Shown: positions 9,742 through 22,320 of the stretch, piece after piece | Position numbering within the stretch: position 1 is the stretch's first letter | How the letters are laid out: each line of letters opens with the position of its first letter | DNA from: Anolis carolinensis | Taxonomy: Eukaryota | Length of the DNA: 64,000 nt | Direction of reading: 5' to 3' | NCBI RefSeq assembly: GCF_035594765.1 | Contig: NC_085845.1 | Span: 29,506,024-29,570,023, forward strand | Notes under the pieces: model-generated | What the model was told of the DNA's origin: nothing | Seen by the model: the letters and a program-made list of their open reading frames with translations, nothing else | Databases searched by the model: none | Program-made: the position numbers and the translations under genes

Positions 9742-11789
9742 CAACCTGTTATTATTTAAACATTCCAAAAAGCAAATTTTGATTTGCCATTTCATTTAAT
9801 GCACACTGTGTTTCCGCACCAATGTATATAATAGGACCTGAGCATCCACAGATTTTGATACCCATGATGGTCCTGGAAACAAACCACAGTAGATACTAAG
9901 GGCCAGCTGTACAGCTTTTCCTGGTAAGACAGACTTGTTAATAGGGCTCATTCTGAATGAAGGAGTGTTCTGCCAGGTTCCTTCCTCTTGCTTCAGTTTC
10001 TACATGGTGATAATTTACAGCACTGAAAATATGCCATTGGAAGAAACTGGAAATTCCTTGGACAGAGCCTGGAAAAATGTCATTTTTGGGATTACCACTC
10101 ACACTAACCAGCATGAGAGCAACTTCTCAAAGCTCTGCCCTTAGGAATGAGTTGTAAAACATACACTATGTAAAACAGCAGCTATAGAAGGAGATGTGAC
10201 CTGTCCAAACAAACAAAAATATCTCTTCTTGTGTGTGAATGGAGAAGCAAAATGGCAATCAAATCAGTGCTTCCTTTCTTCCTTTCATTGTGGTACATCA
10301 ATGTAATGTCAGCTTAAAATTGTCAACAACATTAAACTAGTCTTTCTGCTTCTATACAACTGTGAAGTAATAGAACCTAGGTTGTTCCATATCTTGGATG
10401 CTGCAAACAAAAAGCCCCTCTCTGCTTTACCCTCAATAGTAGGAAGAAAAATGAATGGATGTAATATAAGGATACAGTTAAAAGCAGGGGTGCACGTAAC
10501 TATAGGATGTTGCATGAAACCCCCAAGGAGACCCTGAAAAGCAGCAGCTGCTGACTGCACCTACTCCAACAAAAATGTAAATGTTTTTGCCCTCAAACAC
10601 TTATAGAGAACATGGGGGAATTCTCATCATATTTTCGGACCTTCCTGGGGCATTTTAGGCACAGGAAAGGTCATTTGTAACAGCAAAAATAGAGTAGGAG
10701 TCATTTCATGTTTCAAAATAGGCCTCTTCTGTTTCCAAAAAAAAAAAGGCCCAAGGGCACCCCAAAAATAATGGACATACTCCCACACTCTCTGGACAGC
10801 ATTTTGGGGCCAACAAGTTTAATTTATTTTGCAAAACTTTGCATTTTTTTCACTTTTAGGGATGTCTGGTGCCTTAAAATGTAATATGAATGCCCTCTGT
10901 GTTCTCTAGAAATCACTTGGGGAAAATTTGGAGCAATTCTTTAACTTTGGGGGCTGGAAGCCCAAAAATGTCCTGGGTGCCCACTTTACCCACTCCTGGT
11001 GTAAAGGGAAGTTCTTTTTTCTATAGGTCCATCAGCTTCAATATCTACCAGACCACATTACCTGCAACTAAATGCTAGCCTCATCCTCCTCCAGACCAAT
11101 AAAACCAAATGATAGTTTAACAAGTTAACTTTTTCCTTTTTCTTTTTGTCTTTCAGTTCCTGTTCCAGAAATAATACATTTTAGTAAACATTTCTGCTTC
11201 ATGTATCACTGACATCCTTTCAGCAAACGCAAGCTATGCTGAGGGTTGTATCACTGCCGGTTCAACAAATGCAAGCTAAGCTGCCAGAGTTAACGTTAAC
11301 TCCACGAACATGACAATAACTGCGGTTCTATAAATGTAAGGGCTTTCAATGCAACAGAGAACTCCATTAACTCACTGCTAGCTAGGAATTAGCAAGGCAA
11401 TGGATAAAGTACACTTTGCAGATCTTTATATCCAGCTAATACTTTCCAAGATAAAGCGAATTATATCTGCAAGGATTTTCATCTTTTGCATATTGCTCAG
11501 GAAATATCATTATGGATTAGGGCAGGGGTGGAAAGTTGTTCATTGCTGGACTTCTGCTCTCAGCAGCCATACTCAGCATAAATAATGGTGAGGGATGCTA
11601 GGATAAACAACAACATTCAGCAAGAACTGGAGGGTCATAAAGCTTTTACTTCTGGACGACGGTAAAATTAAGCATTCATAAGAATCATAGACTTGGAAGA
11701 GAGCATAAGAGCCATCCACTCCAACCTTCTCAACGTATCTTTATTGAAACCATTCATTTGTCTTGGACAGAAGGACTGATATTCTAAGA

Positions 11790-12187
11790 CAGTAGTTCTC
11801 AACTGCTGTGGCCTAGCAGTGGGCCACAAGAACAAAAATCCAGTCCGCGAACTTCCTTCCTCTTTATTTATTTTATTAATTTTATTTCCACTATTTTTAA
11901 TTGCATCGGATAGACTACATCAGATGTAGATTACTATAGTGGGAGAGCAGATGGCAACTACTGCATGGTATATGTTCTGTATCAGAAACTAGAGCTGATG
12001 TGGTCTATCCAATGCAGTTTTCTGAATCAGCACCCCAAATAACCAAACCGATTCTAAAGTTGACCAAAAACTGTTTCGTAACCCTTTTGGTACTAATGTT
12101 GGAGAGTGGTCCCTGATCAAAGTGGTTCCGGGTCAAAGTGGTTCCTGTTCAAGTGGGCCCTGGTCAAAAAATAGTTGGGAACCACTG
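11790..12187. mobile_element. hAT-type non-autonomous DNA transposon
   Basis: TIRs CAGTAGTTCTCAAC / GTTGGGAACCACTG; 8-bp flanks TTCTAAGA/TTCCAGGA. Confidence 0.8.
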
Positions 12188-12786
12188 TTCCAGGAGAAAA
12201 TACTGAACTGGCAATGATTCTCAGATGCTGTCTGCATAACAGTTACTTTCTGATATCAAATAATAAATAAAGGAAGGTAAAAATAGGGATTCCTCAGAAC
12301 CCTTTAGCTAATATGTCACCTGGTAATGATGACTTGGGGCTTCAGGGAGATGTAACTTTTCCAAGCTTTTGAACAAGCCTACATGGCTTGTGACTCACCA
12401 AACTGGATATGGCACCCAACAAGTCCTTGATAAATATCTATTTTTGTTGCCTTACTGTGGGACAAAATTCTGTACAAATCCTCAGGGGAGCTTTTCAAAA
12501 CTGATTAGGCCAAGATACATTTTGATGGACCATGTTTGGTGTTTCACCCAAGTTGTAAAAGCCTGGAGTCAAGACAGAAAATTGACAATAACCTCAAGTA
12601 ATGGAATTAAGTCAGTAATGTTATCGGACATGAAAGAAATCCTTAGGGTATATGGTTAAAGTGTAACTTTCACAGCAGCTGTGAGAAAGAACATTTCAAA
12701 AGAGAGAGAGAAGGTAACATGACCTAAAATGTGATGACTGGAAGAGAGAAGGGCAAAAATAATTCATTAGTGATCATAGGATAGAC

Positions 12787-12920
12787 CAAGCATAGGCAAA
12801 CTTGGGTCCTCCAGGTATTTTGGACTTCAACTCCCACAATTCCTAACAGCCTACCAGCTGTTAGGAATTATGGGAGTTGAAGTCCAAAACACCTGGAAGG
12901 CTCAAGATTGCCTATGTCTG
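12787..12920. mobile_element. Palindromic hAT MITE
   Basis: Inverted repeat along the whole element; 8-bp TSD GGATAGAC/AGATAGAC. Confidence 0.85.
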
Positions 12921-13148
12921 AGATAGACTCACCAAAATGCGTTACTTTTAGGAAAATGTGACGGCATTTCTACAAAGGGTGAAATATATGACCTGCACTA
13001 CAAAAGCAATCATAATCAAAATTGGATTAGCTCCAGCAATGGAAATAAGGAATATTTTCAGAGGGACCTACATTGTATTATTGTATTTTGTCTTCTTTGG
13101 TTCTATTTCATTTTTTTGTCATTTTTAATATTGCTTCAAGCTGCATTT

Positions 13149-13292
13149 AGGCTGGATCTATGCTGCCATATAATGCAGTTTGAATTTGCATTATATAATC
13201 AGCATAGACCCATATAATGTAGTTCAATGCAGTTAAACTGCATTACGTGGGTCTACACTGACCATATCTAAAATGGCATTATATGGCAATTT
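13149..13292. mobile_element. PIF/Harbinger-like MITE, same family as 2832
   Basis: Shares GCAGTTAAACTGCATTA...GTCTACACTGACCATAT with 2832-2948. Confidence 0.65.
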
Positions 13293-13764
13293 AGAACAAT
13301 GAAATGAAAAAGATGTTACCTAGAGTTACATTTTAGAAGTGATTTGGGTTCCAATCTACACAGAAGCAAAAACATATATCAATGTGACCTGTATCTTGGT
13401 GAAGTAAAGATGCAACATATTGGGTAACAAGATTCGGGAGCACACATTAATCTAGCATTTGCAACACCTTTTATATGACTCAAGTAATCTGCTTAGATGC
13501 AAATCCAATGGTAAAATGTGAACTGCCTTTCACTTTTCAATTGCCTTTTTTAATTGCTAGTCTTGAAGATTTTTAATTGGCTATTGAAGCTGACAAGGTT
13601 CTGTCAAGTTGTCTGAAAACCCAAACAAATATTTTGTCAGACAATTAGTTGAGCAATGTTGTAATGGTGCATGGAAGCATGGTCCACAATTTCCTATCAG
13701 TGTCAAACTTCTGACTGATCATTGCTGAACTCCATAGATTTACTATGTCTCTATAGATTTACTA

Positions 13765-13813
13765 TGTCTCCCGAGTCCCTGTTGGGAGATGGTGGCGGGG
13801 TATAAGAATAAAG

Positions 13814-13896
<83 letters not shown>

Positions 13897-13897
13897 G
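13765..13897 (+). repeat. L2-type 3' end with compound (GTT)n(ATT)n microsatellite tail
   Basis: CCCGAGTCCCTGTTGGGAGATGGTGGCGGGGTATAAGAATAAA followed by (GTT)13 and about (ATT)15. Confidence 0.8.
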
Positions 13898-14380
13898 AAT
13901 GTGGTACCTTACATTCAGAACAGAAGCGAATAAAGCCGGCTTTAGAGACACTATTTGTGTTTAAAATGTAGACTGGAAGTGTGGGAACTTAGGTGAATCA
14001 TTATTTTGTAATACACAAAACACAATTCGGACAGTAACACAAAGCCATCATCTTCTTTGGCCTAAATTCAGTTTCTAAGTCCTAATTAGAACACATCCAT
14101 CGAATCACTGACAATTATGTAATTGTTGGTTTACTAGTCAACATTTAATTCAATGGGTTTAGTGTAGCTGGGAATGATAACTGGGTTTAGACCTATGATC
14201 TGGGTGAGTTATTGCCACAAGTTTGTTTTATACAGTTCTACAATTTGTAAACTTATTATAACTTACTTACTTTGTAAGCAATATTGTAGTTGACATTATT
14301 TGGAATCCTTTTTTTAAAAAAATCAGCACACATACAGTTATTATTATAAAAACATAAAAGTAAAAACTAAAACTAAATCT

Positions 14381-14828
14381 AGAAAGTGTCCAGAGGAGCG
14401 TGACTAAAATGATCAAGGGTCAGGAGAACAAGCCCTATGAGGAGCATCTTAAAGAGCTGGATATGTTTAGCCTGCAGAAGTGAAGGTTGAGAGGAGACAT
14501 GGTAGCCATGTATAAATATGTGAGAGGAAGTCATAGGGAGGAGGAAGCAAGCTTGTTTTCTGCTGCCCTGGAGACTAGGACGCGGAACAATGGCTTTAAA
14601 CCACAGGAAAGAAGTTTCCACCTGAACATTAGGAAGAACTTCCTCACTGTGAGAGCTGTTCGGCACTGGAACTCTGCTTCAGAGTGTGGTGGAAGCTCCT
14701 TCTTTGGAGGCTTTTAAGCAGAGGTTGGATGGTCATCTTTCAGGGGTTCTTCGAATGTGATTTTCCTGCTTCTTGGCAGGAGGTTGGACTGGATGGCCCG
14801 TGAGGTCTCTTCCAACTCTATGATTGTA
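14381..14828 (+). mobile_element. CR1 LINE 3' fragment
   Basis: RGDMVAMYKYVRG...[15 protein letters not shown]; ends TTCCAACTCTATGATT. Confidence 0.92.
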
Positions 14829-15326
14829 TAACCCAAATACTCTGGACAGAGTAGATTGAATCAACTGTTGAAAATTGAGCCAGCACTAAAGTAAGTCCCA
14901 TTGATGTAATGAATGCATTCTAGTTGTGACTACCGATAAGATTTAGAGCTATGTCTCATAAATTGAAGTCAACCATGCTTAGATGATACACAAGGTTTCT
15001 AAACAAGTGCCATACAAATGCAAGCGTGGTTGGGACATGAGAACACATATGCTGGCACCATTTCCCACATCAGTTGTGGACCGCTGTGTGAGGTTTAGGG
15101 CTATATTAGCTCACCAGGAGACCTTGTAGGTGCTGCACCTCTCATACAATTTTTTTTCCATTCACACGACATGTGTTATAGGGAGTCCCCAGAGCATTTT
15201 AGATCCAGGACAGGCCTTTTTAATAACAGAAAGTGAGTGATTTAATCATTTTTTCCAAAAATTTCAAAACTTCTGGGAAGTAAATCCAATGTGCGTACAT
15301 GCATATGCATACACACATATACAGTA

Positions 15327-15669
15327 CTAGCTGTGCCCGGCCACGCATTGCTGTGGCATTGTCTGGTGGTGTCTGTATTTTATAGGCAGTGTGGAAGAGG
15401 CCTAAGCGAGGCCTAACTTTGCCTGTTACCTGGGCTGAGTGGGTTGCTAGGAGACCAAGTGGGCAGAGCTTAGCCTTCTAACTGGTAGCAATTGGATAAA
15501 AACAATTATTCCTCTCCCTCCTATTAGGACTTTATTTTTCTTTTCTTTTTGTTGTATCAACCTAGAGGCATGGATGAGGGGTTGTGCTGTCAATTTTTGA
15601 GGTTGTGGAGTGTTTAGTTTTGTTGTTTTGTCGGTTGCCAGGATTCCATCACTCTTTTATATAGATAGA
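15327..15669 (-). mobile_element. Non-autonomous Helitron, shorter relative of 2949-3438
   Basis: Minus strand reads A|TCTATCTATATAAAAG ... GCCACAGCAATGCGTGGCCGGGCACAGCTAG|T, with a shared internal sequence. Confidence 0.9.
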
Positions 15670-16019
15670 TGTGCAAAACCATATATGGGATTCATGGTGT
15701 ATTTATAGCATGGTCGAGTCATATGGGTAGAACTGAGTGTCTTAGGGACTACAGTGTGATTGTCAAACCATTTGTTCATTATTTGCAACTGGCAGAAGCT
15801 CCCCAAGAGTGCAAAGAGGAATCTCCCCCATACTTACCATGATTTGAATCATGGTATTCAATCCCCATGGTTTGAATCTGGGATCTTAATCAGGCAAATC
15901 GTATGTTGTATTTGTGGAACTATTAACAGATTTCCCCAAACTTTAATAGGTACCCTTTCCCCCCCACTCCCCCTGTTTTAATTATAATTCAGCACTATCT
16001 TAGTATCCATGAAGATGAA

Positions 16020-16441
16020 TGGAACAATTACTTGTTTGGTCAGGTCCAATAAGATATTATAGCAAGCGTATTCTGGGGGGAAAAGAAGGAAGATAAAATG
16101 AAAAAAATTAAAGAGAAATGGTTGATATATACAGAATGGATAAATAGTGGTGAAGCCAATGTAAATATTGTATGGAGATGAGGAAAACTGAGCTCATGGA
16201 TGAAGTTAAAATTCTAATGGAAATTGTGGTAGGGGTATAGGGTAGTGGAAGGTGGAGGGGGGAGGAAAAAAAGTGAACAGAACTAAGATGTATTAGATAA
16301 ATGAGTGGATAATATAGAATGGAGGAAGAGTGAGGAATAGGAAGAGGACAGAGAAACTGTGTTATTGATAAATGACGTGTATGGATTAAATGTACAAAAT
16401 TTACTCGTATAATGAAATATAATATTAATAAAATATTTTTA
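16020..16441 (+). mobile_element. 5'-truncated retroposon, probably an L1/Tx1 3' end, with 18-bp TSD
   Basis: AGTATCCATGAAGATGAA at 16002-16019 and 16442-16459; purine-rich body with AATAAA near the 3' end. Confidence 0.7.
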
Positions 16442-18776
16442 AAGTATCCATGAAGATGAAGAATGGTTTGAAATATAATAGAATAAATAATAATAAATGT
16501 CAAGATTCAACTTAAAATGGCCATATCATTTGGTTCCCCAAAGATGGCTGAGATGGATCTTCACCCTGAATTCTCAAGGAAAAAGTTCAAGTACAGCTTT
16601 ATAAAGAAAACATTGAATAGCCTCAAAGAATGGATAAAAATCTTCCATAAAATCCTCTGTCCACACAAAAGCTCAGCATAGTATGATTTGAGTACAATGC
16701 AGGCAATGCATCTAGGTCATGGTGGAAAAATATGGCCCTCCAAATGCTGTTGGACTGAAGTCCCATAAGCTATGACCAGCACAGATGATGGCAAGAAATG
16801 CTTGAAAGCTGCAGACTAACAGCATTTGAAGAGCCATACAAACCTAAGTGTCTTGTACAAGTGAACTAACTACCTTGTAAAAGTGATGAACATTGTATGT
16901 TCTTCTAGTTGTACCCAGTATTTTAGGGCATATAAAAATGAGATTTTTTAGCTTCTACTTTCAGAACTCTAGTGAATAAAAGCAGCTTGTAAAATACGTT
17001 GGCTTCCTCCAAGAAAAAGACATTCTGCAAATACATTCACCTCTTTCCTGAACTTGGATATACTTATGTTCCACTCTTGGTTTATCAATTAATCATGCTA
17101 AACTAAAAAAGGGAACAAAAAGTTCAAAGAACAGCCTGGGTACCACTGCAGTATCTTTCCTGAAGTTGTCAATTAATTACAGGATCAACTTGATAATGGG
17201 CTCTGCTAAACACAGATGTGGACCAACATTTCAAAAAAAAAATGCCAGAGGCATAAGCAGTCTAAAGTAAAATAGGTTTAAAAAAAAAAAAGATGATCAC
17301 GTGAAAATGAGATGTGATGGTATGGCAAAGGTAATGGAAATGTTAGTCCTTCTTCTGAAAGGACTTGGATAGTGTGTGCCTCTCTCAATTCTACTCAAAA
17401 CGCTCACCCTCGTGGAAAAGTAGGAAGGCAATTCATATAATTACTTTATCATCCCATTGCCACCCCACAATATTTTGGATGATTCCTTGACTCTCCAAAA
17501 TAAATTTGAGGATTGTAGGGGCTGTGGGGAAAAGGGGAGTAAGAAAATCAACGTTCCCTCCATTTGTGGCCACAAATTGTAAATTCTATGAGATTTTTTT
17601 GATAATATTACAAGGAATCTTCAGACAATATACCTGGAATACAGTGGTGGCTGGTAGCCACTACTGGTGGCATGTAGGACAAGATCACTAGAAGTGGCAA
17701 CAAGAAGCCGTGATGGGTAGATCAGTAAGCAACCTAGATCAGAGAAAGGAAGGCACACTACATGATCCTGAATACAAAGTAATGAGTGGAGCAAGTCACA
17801 CAGCCATTCTAAAGCACCTCTTTGGAATTGCATATTTTTGCCCCAGCAATGGTCCACATTGCTCTGAAATAGGAAACCAAGATGAACTATTTTAAGCAGG
17901 AGAGAGAAATCTACATAGCAGCAGAAAAGATACATTCTTTTCAAGATGTATTCGTTATGTCATCTCTTTTTTCTCCCTCCTCCTCCTTCTCAAGCGACAA
18001 TCAAAATCTAGGGCACATCCAACCTGGAAAACACCTCTCTCCCAGCCACCTTAAAGACATCACACTTTGGAGACAACAGATGCCCACCTAGTTATGGCTC
18101 AATGAGGCTGCAGTTAGCTCAGCTGTCTTTGATAAGGCAGACACTGGGATGCAAATAAAACAGACAAACATCAAAAGCATTAGCCCAGACATGCTACAGA
18201 GGTAGGGAAAGGTGTGGATATGAGCCTTGGGCTCTGGCACTGCTTGGGAAGAGGGGGAAAATGGAAGGGAAACATGATTTCAGGTTGGAGTCAAGACATT
18301 TCTGTTGCCAGTTCCATGCAGGTGCAAAGCTTCTTTAAAAACAACATCCCAAAAGTTACTGGTTGTGTTCTTCTTCTGTGAATGCAACATATTTCAAGTA
18401 ACATGTGTTAATCCTGAAAAATCTTGGGAAATAAATCAAGCCAAAAGTGAAGTTTGCCAGGAGAAGAAGGGAAAGGAGGAACGAAGGAGAGGGGTGCATT
18501 CAACTATGCACATATAGTTGAAAATGCACAGTGACTACAGTTGCACATGTGCAATGGGACTGTTGAAGCAGATGAAAGCTCAGTCACCAATGAAGCAGCA
18601 TAGAAGTCAGCTCACTACTGGTATGGGTCTGGAGAGTTGGGATGGATTTATAATTGGCGATGATAAAAAAAGGTCCCCTCCATTCATATTGGCATTTCAT
18701 TTCTGTTGACTGGAACCACTGAGATAATACAAGAGCTGCTTTGTAAGAGAAATAAATCTCTTAGGAAGCAGGCATA

Positions 18777-18978
18777 GGGTGCATCTACACTGTACAATTA
18801 ATGTAGGTTGACACAACTTTAACTGCCATAGAATATTAGGATTTGTAGCTTTGTGGGGCATCAGTACATTTTAGTAGAGATGGCTAAAGACCTTATAAAA
18901 CTACAGCTCCCATTAGCATTAAACCATGGCAGTTAAAGTGGTGTCAAACTGCATTAATTCTACAGTGTAAATGCACTG
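18777..18978. mobile_element. PIF/Harbinger-like MITE
   Basis: GTGCATCTACACTGTA / TACAGTGTAAATGCAC ends and internal inverted segments. Confidence 0.7.
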
Positions 18979-21354
18979 AGTCTAGAAAAAGCTTATGCTA
19001 CCTACTTAATTCTTTCAGTTAGTCTTTAATATGCCACATGATCTGAAGATTAATTTCCTAATTTTCAGGTGTAGTTGATTCCTTAGGGCAAGGCTCCACT
19101 TTCGTCATCCATTTCTTGGGAAGGATACACAATTTTTCTGTTCCCACAGCTGGAAAAATTTAACATGCACCTGAATCAGGTGAAGAAATGTAAGGCCCAT
19201 GGTACAGAACACTAGCAGTTAAACTCCAACAAACAATATGAAACTTTTGATCTTTAAAGTTATTTGTGACTCATATCCTAGAATGTAAGATGAAGTGTTT
19301 GCTGGTGCACAGGAGTGATATAGATGATGTATAGCTGGGTTATGATACATGACACAATTGTAATGAGAGGACAGCAGTCTAGAAAGTTAGATATTGGAAA
19401 CTAACCCAGACCCTGATATTATGACTGAATTTGAGCCTGGTCTTTGCAAATTGGAGCCTCAGTCCATGGACCCACTGAAATCCATATCCTTAGATCCATT
19501 CCCTCCTCCACATCAAAATCCATATCTCCCATCTCAGTTCCATAGGCAAGCAAAATAATAGAGTTGGGATAGATATTGTCCCCCATGTCCTCGCTCTGGA
19601 CCATTGTGGTGCACAATTATGGTTTTCAGCCGTAGTAGAAGCATTTGCAGAATTCCTTACCACACAGCCCTAGGGAATTGGGAAACATCTGGATTATGTT
19701 CACAGAATTAATTCTAATCACACCAGAAATGTCCACAATCTGAGAAAGATGTAAATTGAGATTGCAGAACAAGAAAAACAGGAAGCAGAGGTGGAGAAAC
19801 AACTGAGCAAGATACTGGATACAAATGCAGAATGGGCTAGTGGGAACAAAACCTTGAAAAAGAGAAGTTTGAGAGATCTGGCCATCAGGAGCTATCAGGG
19901 AAAGTACTTAAAATGGACTATAGGAATATTATAATACTGAATGATTTTGGTTAAATCAAAAGAGTTTTTGAACCCAAGAGATGTACTGTAGATGGAAAAT
20001 ATATTTGATGTAACACAGAAAGAGAGACAGCATAATAATGATAAAATGATATAAATATTAACCTGCTAACAATCCAAATGAAAATTGTAGAACTATCTTT
20101 GTAGATATTAATAATAAATAATTTAAGAAAAAATAATGACATAATATGTTATGAAAAATTAAGATAAATTTTCATTGAAGAAGAACTGAAAAAGAATATA
20201 TGAAGAACAGAAGACAAAGTGAGAAAACATAAGAAGATACAACCAATGGACTTAAAATGAAAATGGTTAGAATCCTCAATATTTTATGAAATATGTGTTA
20301 AAGACATAGAGATAAAGACTTAGTTGTGACAATGATAATTTTGTAAAAGAACTCCCCATAACTCAACAACTCTCATCCTCTTTGTTTCTTCCTTGTGACA
20401 TATTAGACATATTATTGGACAACCAACCAATAACTAATCTGTTATCCCTGGATTTTTCCTTTTCCTTCCCTCAATCCCCACTCTCCTAGTAAATGTTTAA
20501 TAAAAATTATTTGAGAAATAATAATAATAAAGCCAGAAATGATGCAAGGTCATTTTCAGCTTCTTGATTAAAGTTTCTGAAGCTAAAACATTGTTGGAGG
20601 AGCATGCCTTGCTTCAAGCCAGGATCACAATCCTATGATTTCGTATCTTGCCCGGCAGTTTTATGGGATGTCCAGGGCACTCTGGAGGCTGAAGGAATGG
20701 TTTTAAAAGACAGCATGAAGTTTACAGTCTCTGCTTTTTTCACCATATGAACTATTGGTACTCCCTCAGAGATAAGGAAGAGGGTTAACTATCAAGCTAG
20801 ATTAATCTTGATTTATTTAAAGCCTTCCACTCAAAAAAAGAGGTGAAACATGGGCCGTCTGGACTTGAAGGGTACATATAAAGTTTGGGGTTTTATATGG
20901 TGCTGCCAGTACTGGACTGTTTAGTCCAATCATGCCCCATGGGCTTTCAAGGTCAGAAACAAGGGACCAAGACTAAAGCTGTAACTTGAACTGAAAAGTC
21001 GGACATCTGTGACTCAGTTAAAATTAGAGCTCCAATTAACCAGCCACTTTTCTCCCTCCCAGCTCTTACCACCGCAAACTACCATTTATTATTATGCACA
21101 GCAGTCCCAAAGGATGAAGTGCTACTTGTAAGTTGAAGTTCAACATGCTAGTTCTGCACCTTTCCCTTTCAGGAAACCACTTGGGGCTAAACATTTGAGT
21201 TTCCATTCTCCTTTCTTTACACCCTTGATATTCAATATGCCCTGCCTTGGAATGAAATGCCCTCAACCAGTCTGAGCTACCACAACAGAATGGAAGGAGG
21301 ATTGTGTACAGAGCTGTTGTCAAAAAACCAGAGCCCAAAATCATGAATCCCATA

Positions 21355-21566
21355 GTTTTCTTAATGACTTAATATGTTTGTAATTATGTGTATTGAATTA
21401 TATCTTGTTTATTTAAGTTGTTTTATAATGTAATGAGTTGTTTTTGATTTGTTTATTTATTATTGTTTGCATCAAATGTTTGTCATTGTCTATTTTGTTG
21501 TAAGCCACCCTGAGTCTCTTTGGGGAGACAGGGCGGGATATAAATAAAGTTTCATTTCATTTTCAT
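21355..21566 (+). mobile_element. L2-type 3' end
   Basis: T-rich UTR, then TGTAAGCCACCCTGAGTCTCTTTGGGGAGACAGGGCGGGATAAATAAA-like terminus and (TTTCA)n. Confidence 0.72.
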
Positions 21567-21921
21567 AGTCCGCAGTGTGGACTTCATTCCCCAGTTTAGA
21601 TTTATTTTCATTAACTCCCCCAGAATGCCGCACAGACATTGTGCACACCTCATACCTCAGTGGATGGCAACACTTTAGTTAACATAATCCCTGGGAAGAT
21701 ATATGGGACATACAATGGGATTACACAAAAGCCTCTGAGTTCATGTTTCCTCATCTCTGCCACCAAGTCGGACATACTCCCTGGGACTTCCACTGAAGTT
21801 GTCAACATTCTGAGCAACCTTTCTGTGTATCTGACTGCCACTCATTGTGTTAATCAGCACTGGAATATCAAAACCTATTTCAGCCCATTATTGCTTGCCC
21901 CACCACATTCCTTTCCGATTG

Positions 21922-22320
21922 TAATAATAATATAATAACTTTATTCTTATACCCTGCCCCATCTCCCCAAAGGGACTCGGGGCGGCTTACATGGGGCTAT
22001 GCCCGGACACAACAGCACAAAATCAAAACAAAAAACAATAAACAAATCAACCAACAATAAAACATCAACATGGATAAAAACAGTCATAAAAGGTCAATAT
22101 ACAAAATAATGTTAAAATCATGAGTTGGATCAAAAGATCTGGACCAAGGTGCAGAAAAATATCAAGTCATCAGGAAGGGGTAATTACACAGCAGGTGTAG
22201 TACTTAAAGTGCTAAGTGTAATCCTGAGAAAGCATACCTGAGGGTCTATTGCTTAGTAGGCAAGTAATTCGATCCTACAAGGATCAATCATCAAAGGCCT
22301 TCTGGAAGAGCCAGGTTTCC
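21922..22320 (-). mobile_element. L2 LINE 3' end
   Basis: Reverse-complement terminal stem-loop at 21945-21991; upstream sequence translates ETWLFQKAF, like the L2 ORF2 C-terminus. Confidence 0.7.

Larger units (their letters stand above)
8749..9909. mobile_element. Tigger/pogo-type MITE hosting nested CR1 and L2 insertions
   Basis: TA|CAGTCAGTCATCCATAACC ... GATACTAAGGGCCAGCTG|TA; similar to 37581-37801. Confidence 0.7.

Noticed and set aside
13789-13971. Poly-Val/poly-Ile ORF (also the poly-Ile/poly-Asn ORFs around 1664-1708)
   Set aside because: Translations of trinucleotide microsatellites.
19950-20530. Possible decayed L1/Tx1 3' end
   Set aside because: A-rich with AATAAA, but I could not verify a TSD or a protein motif.
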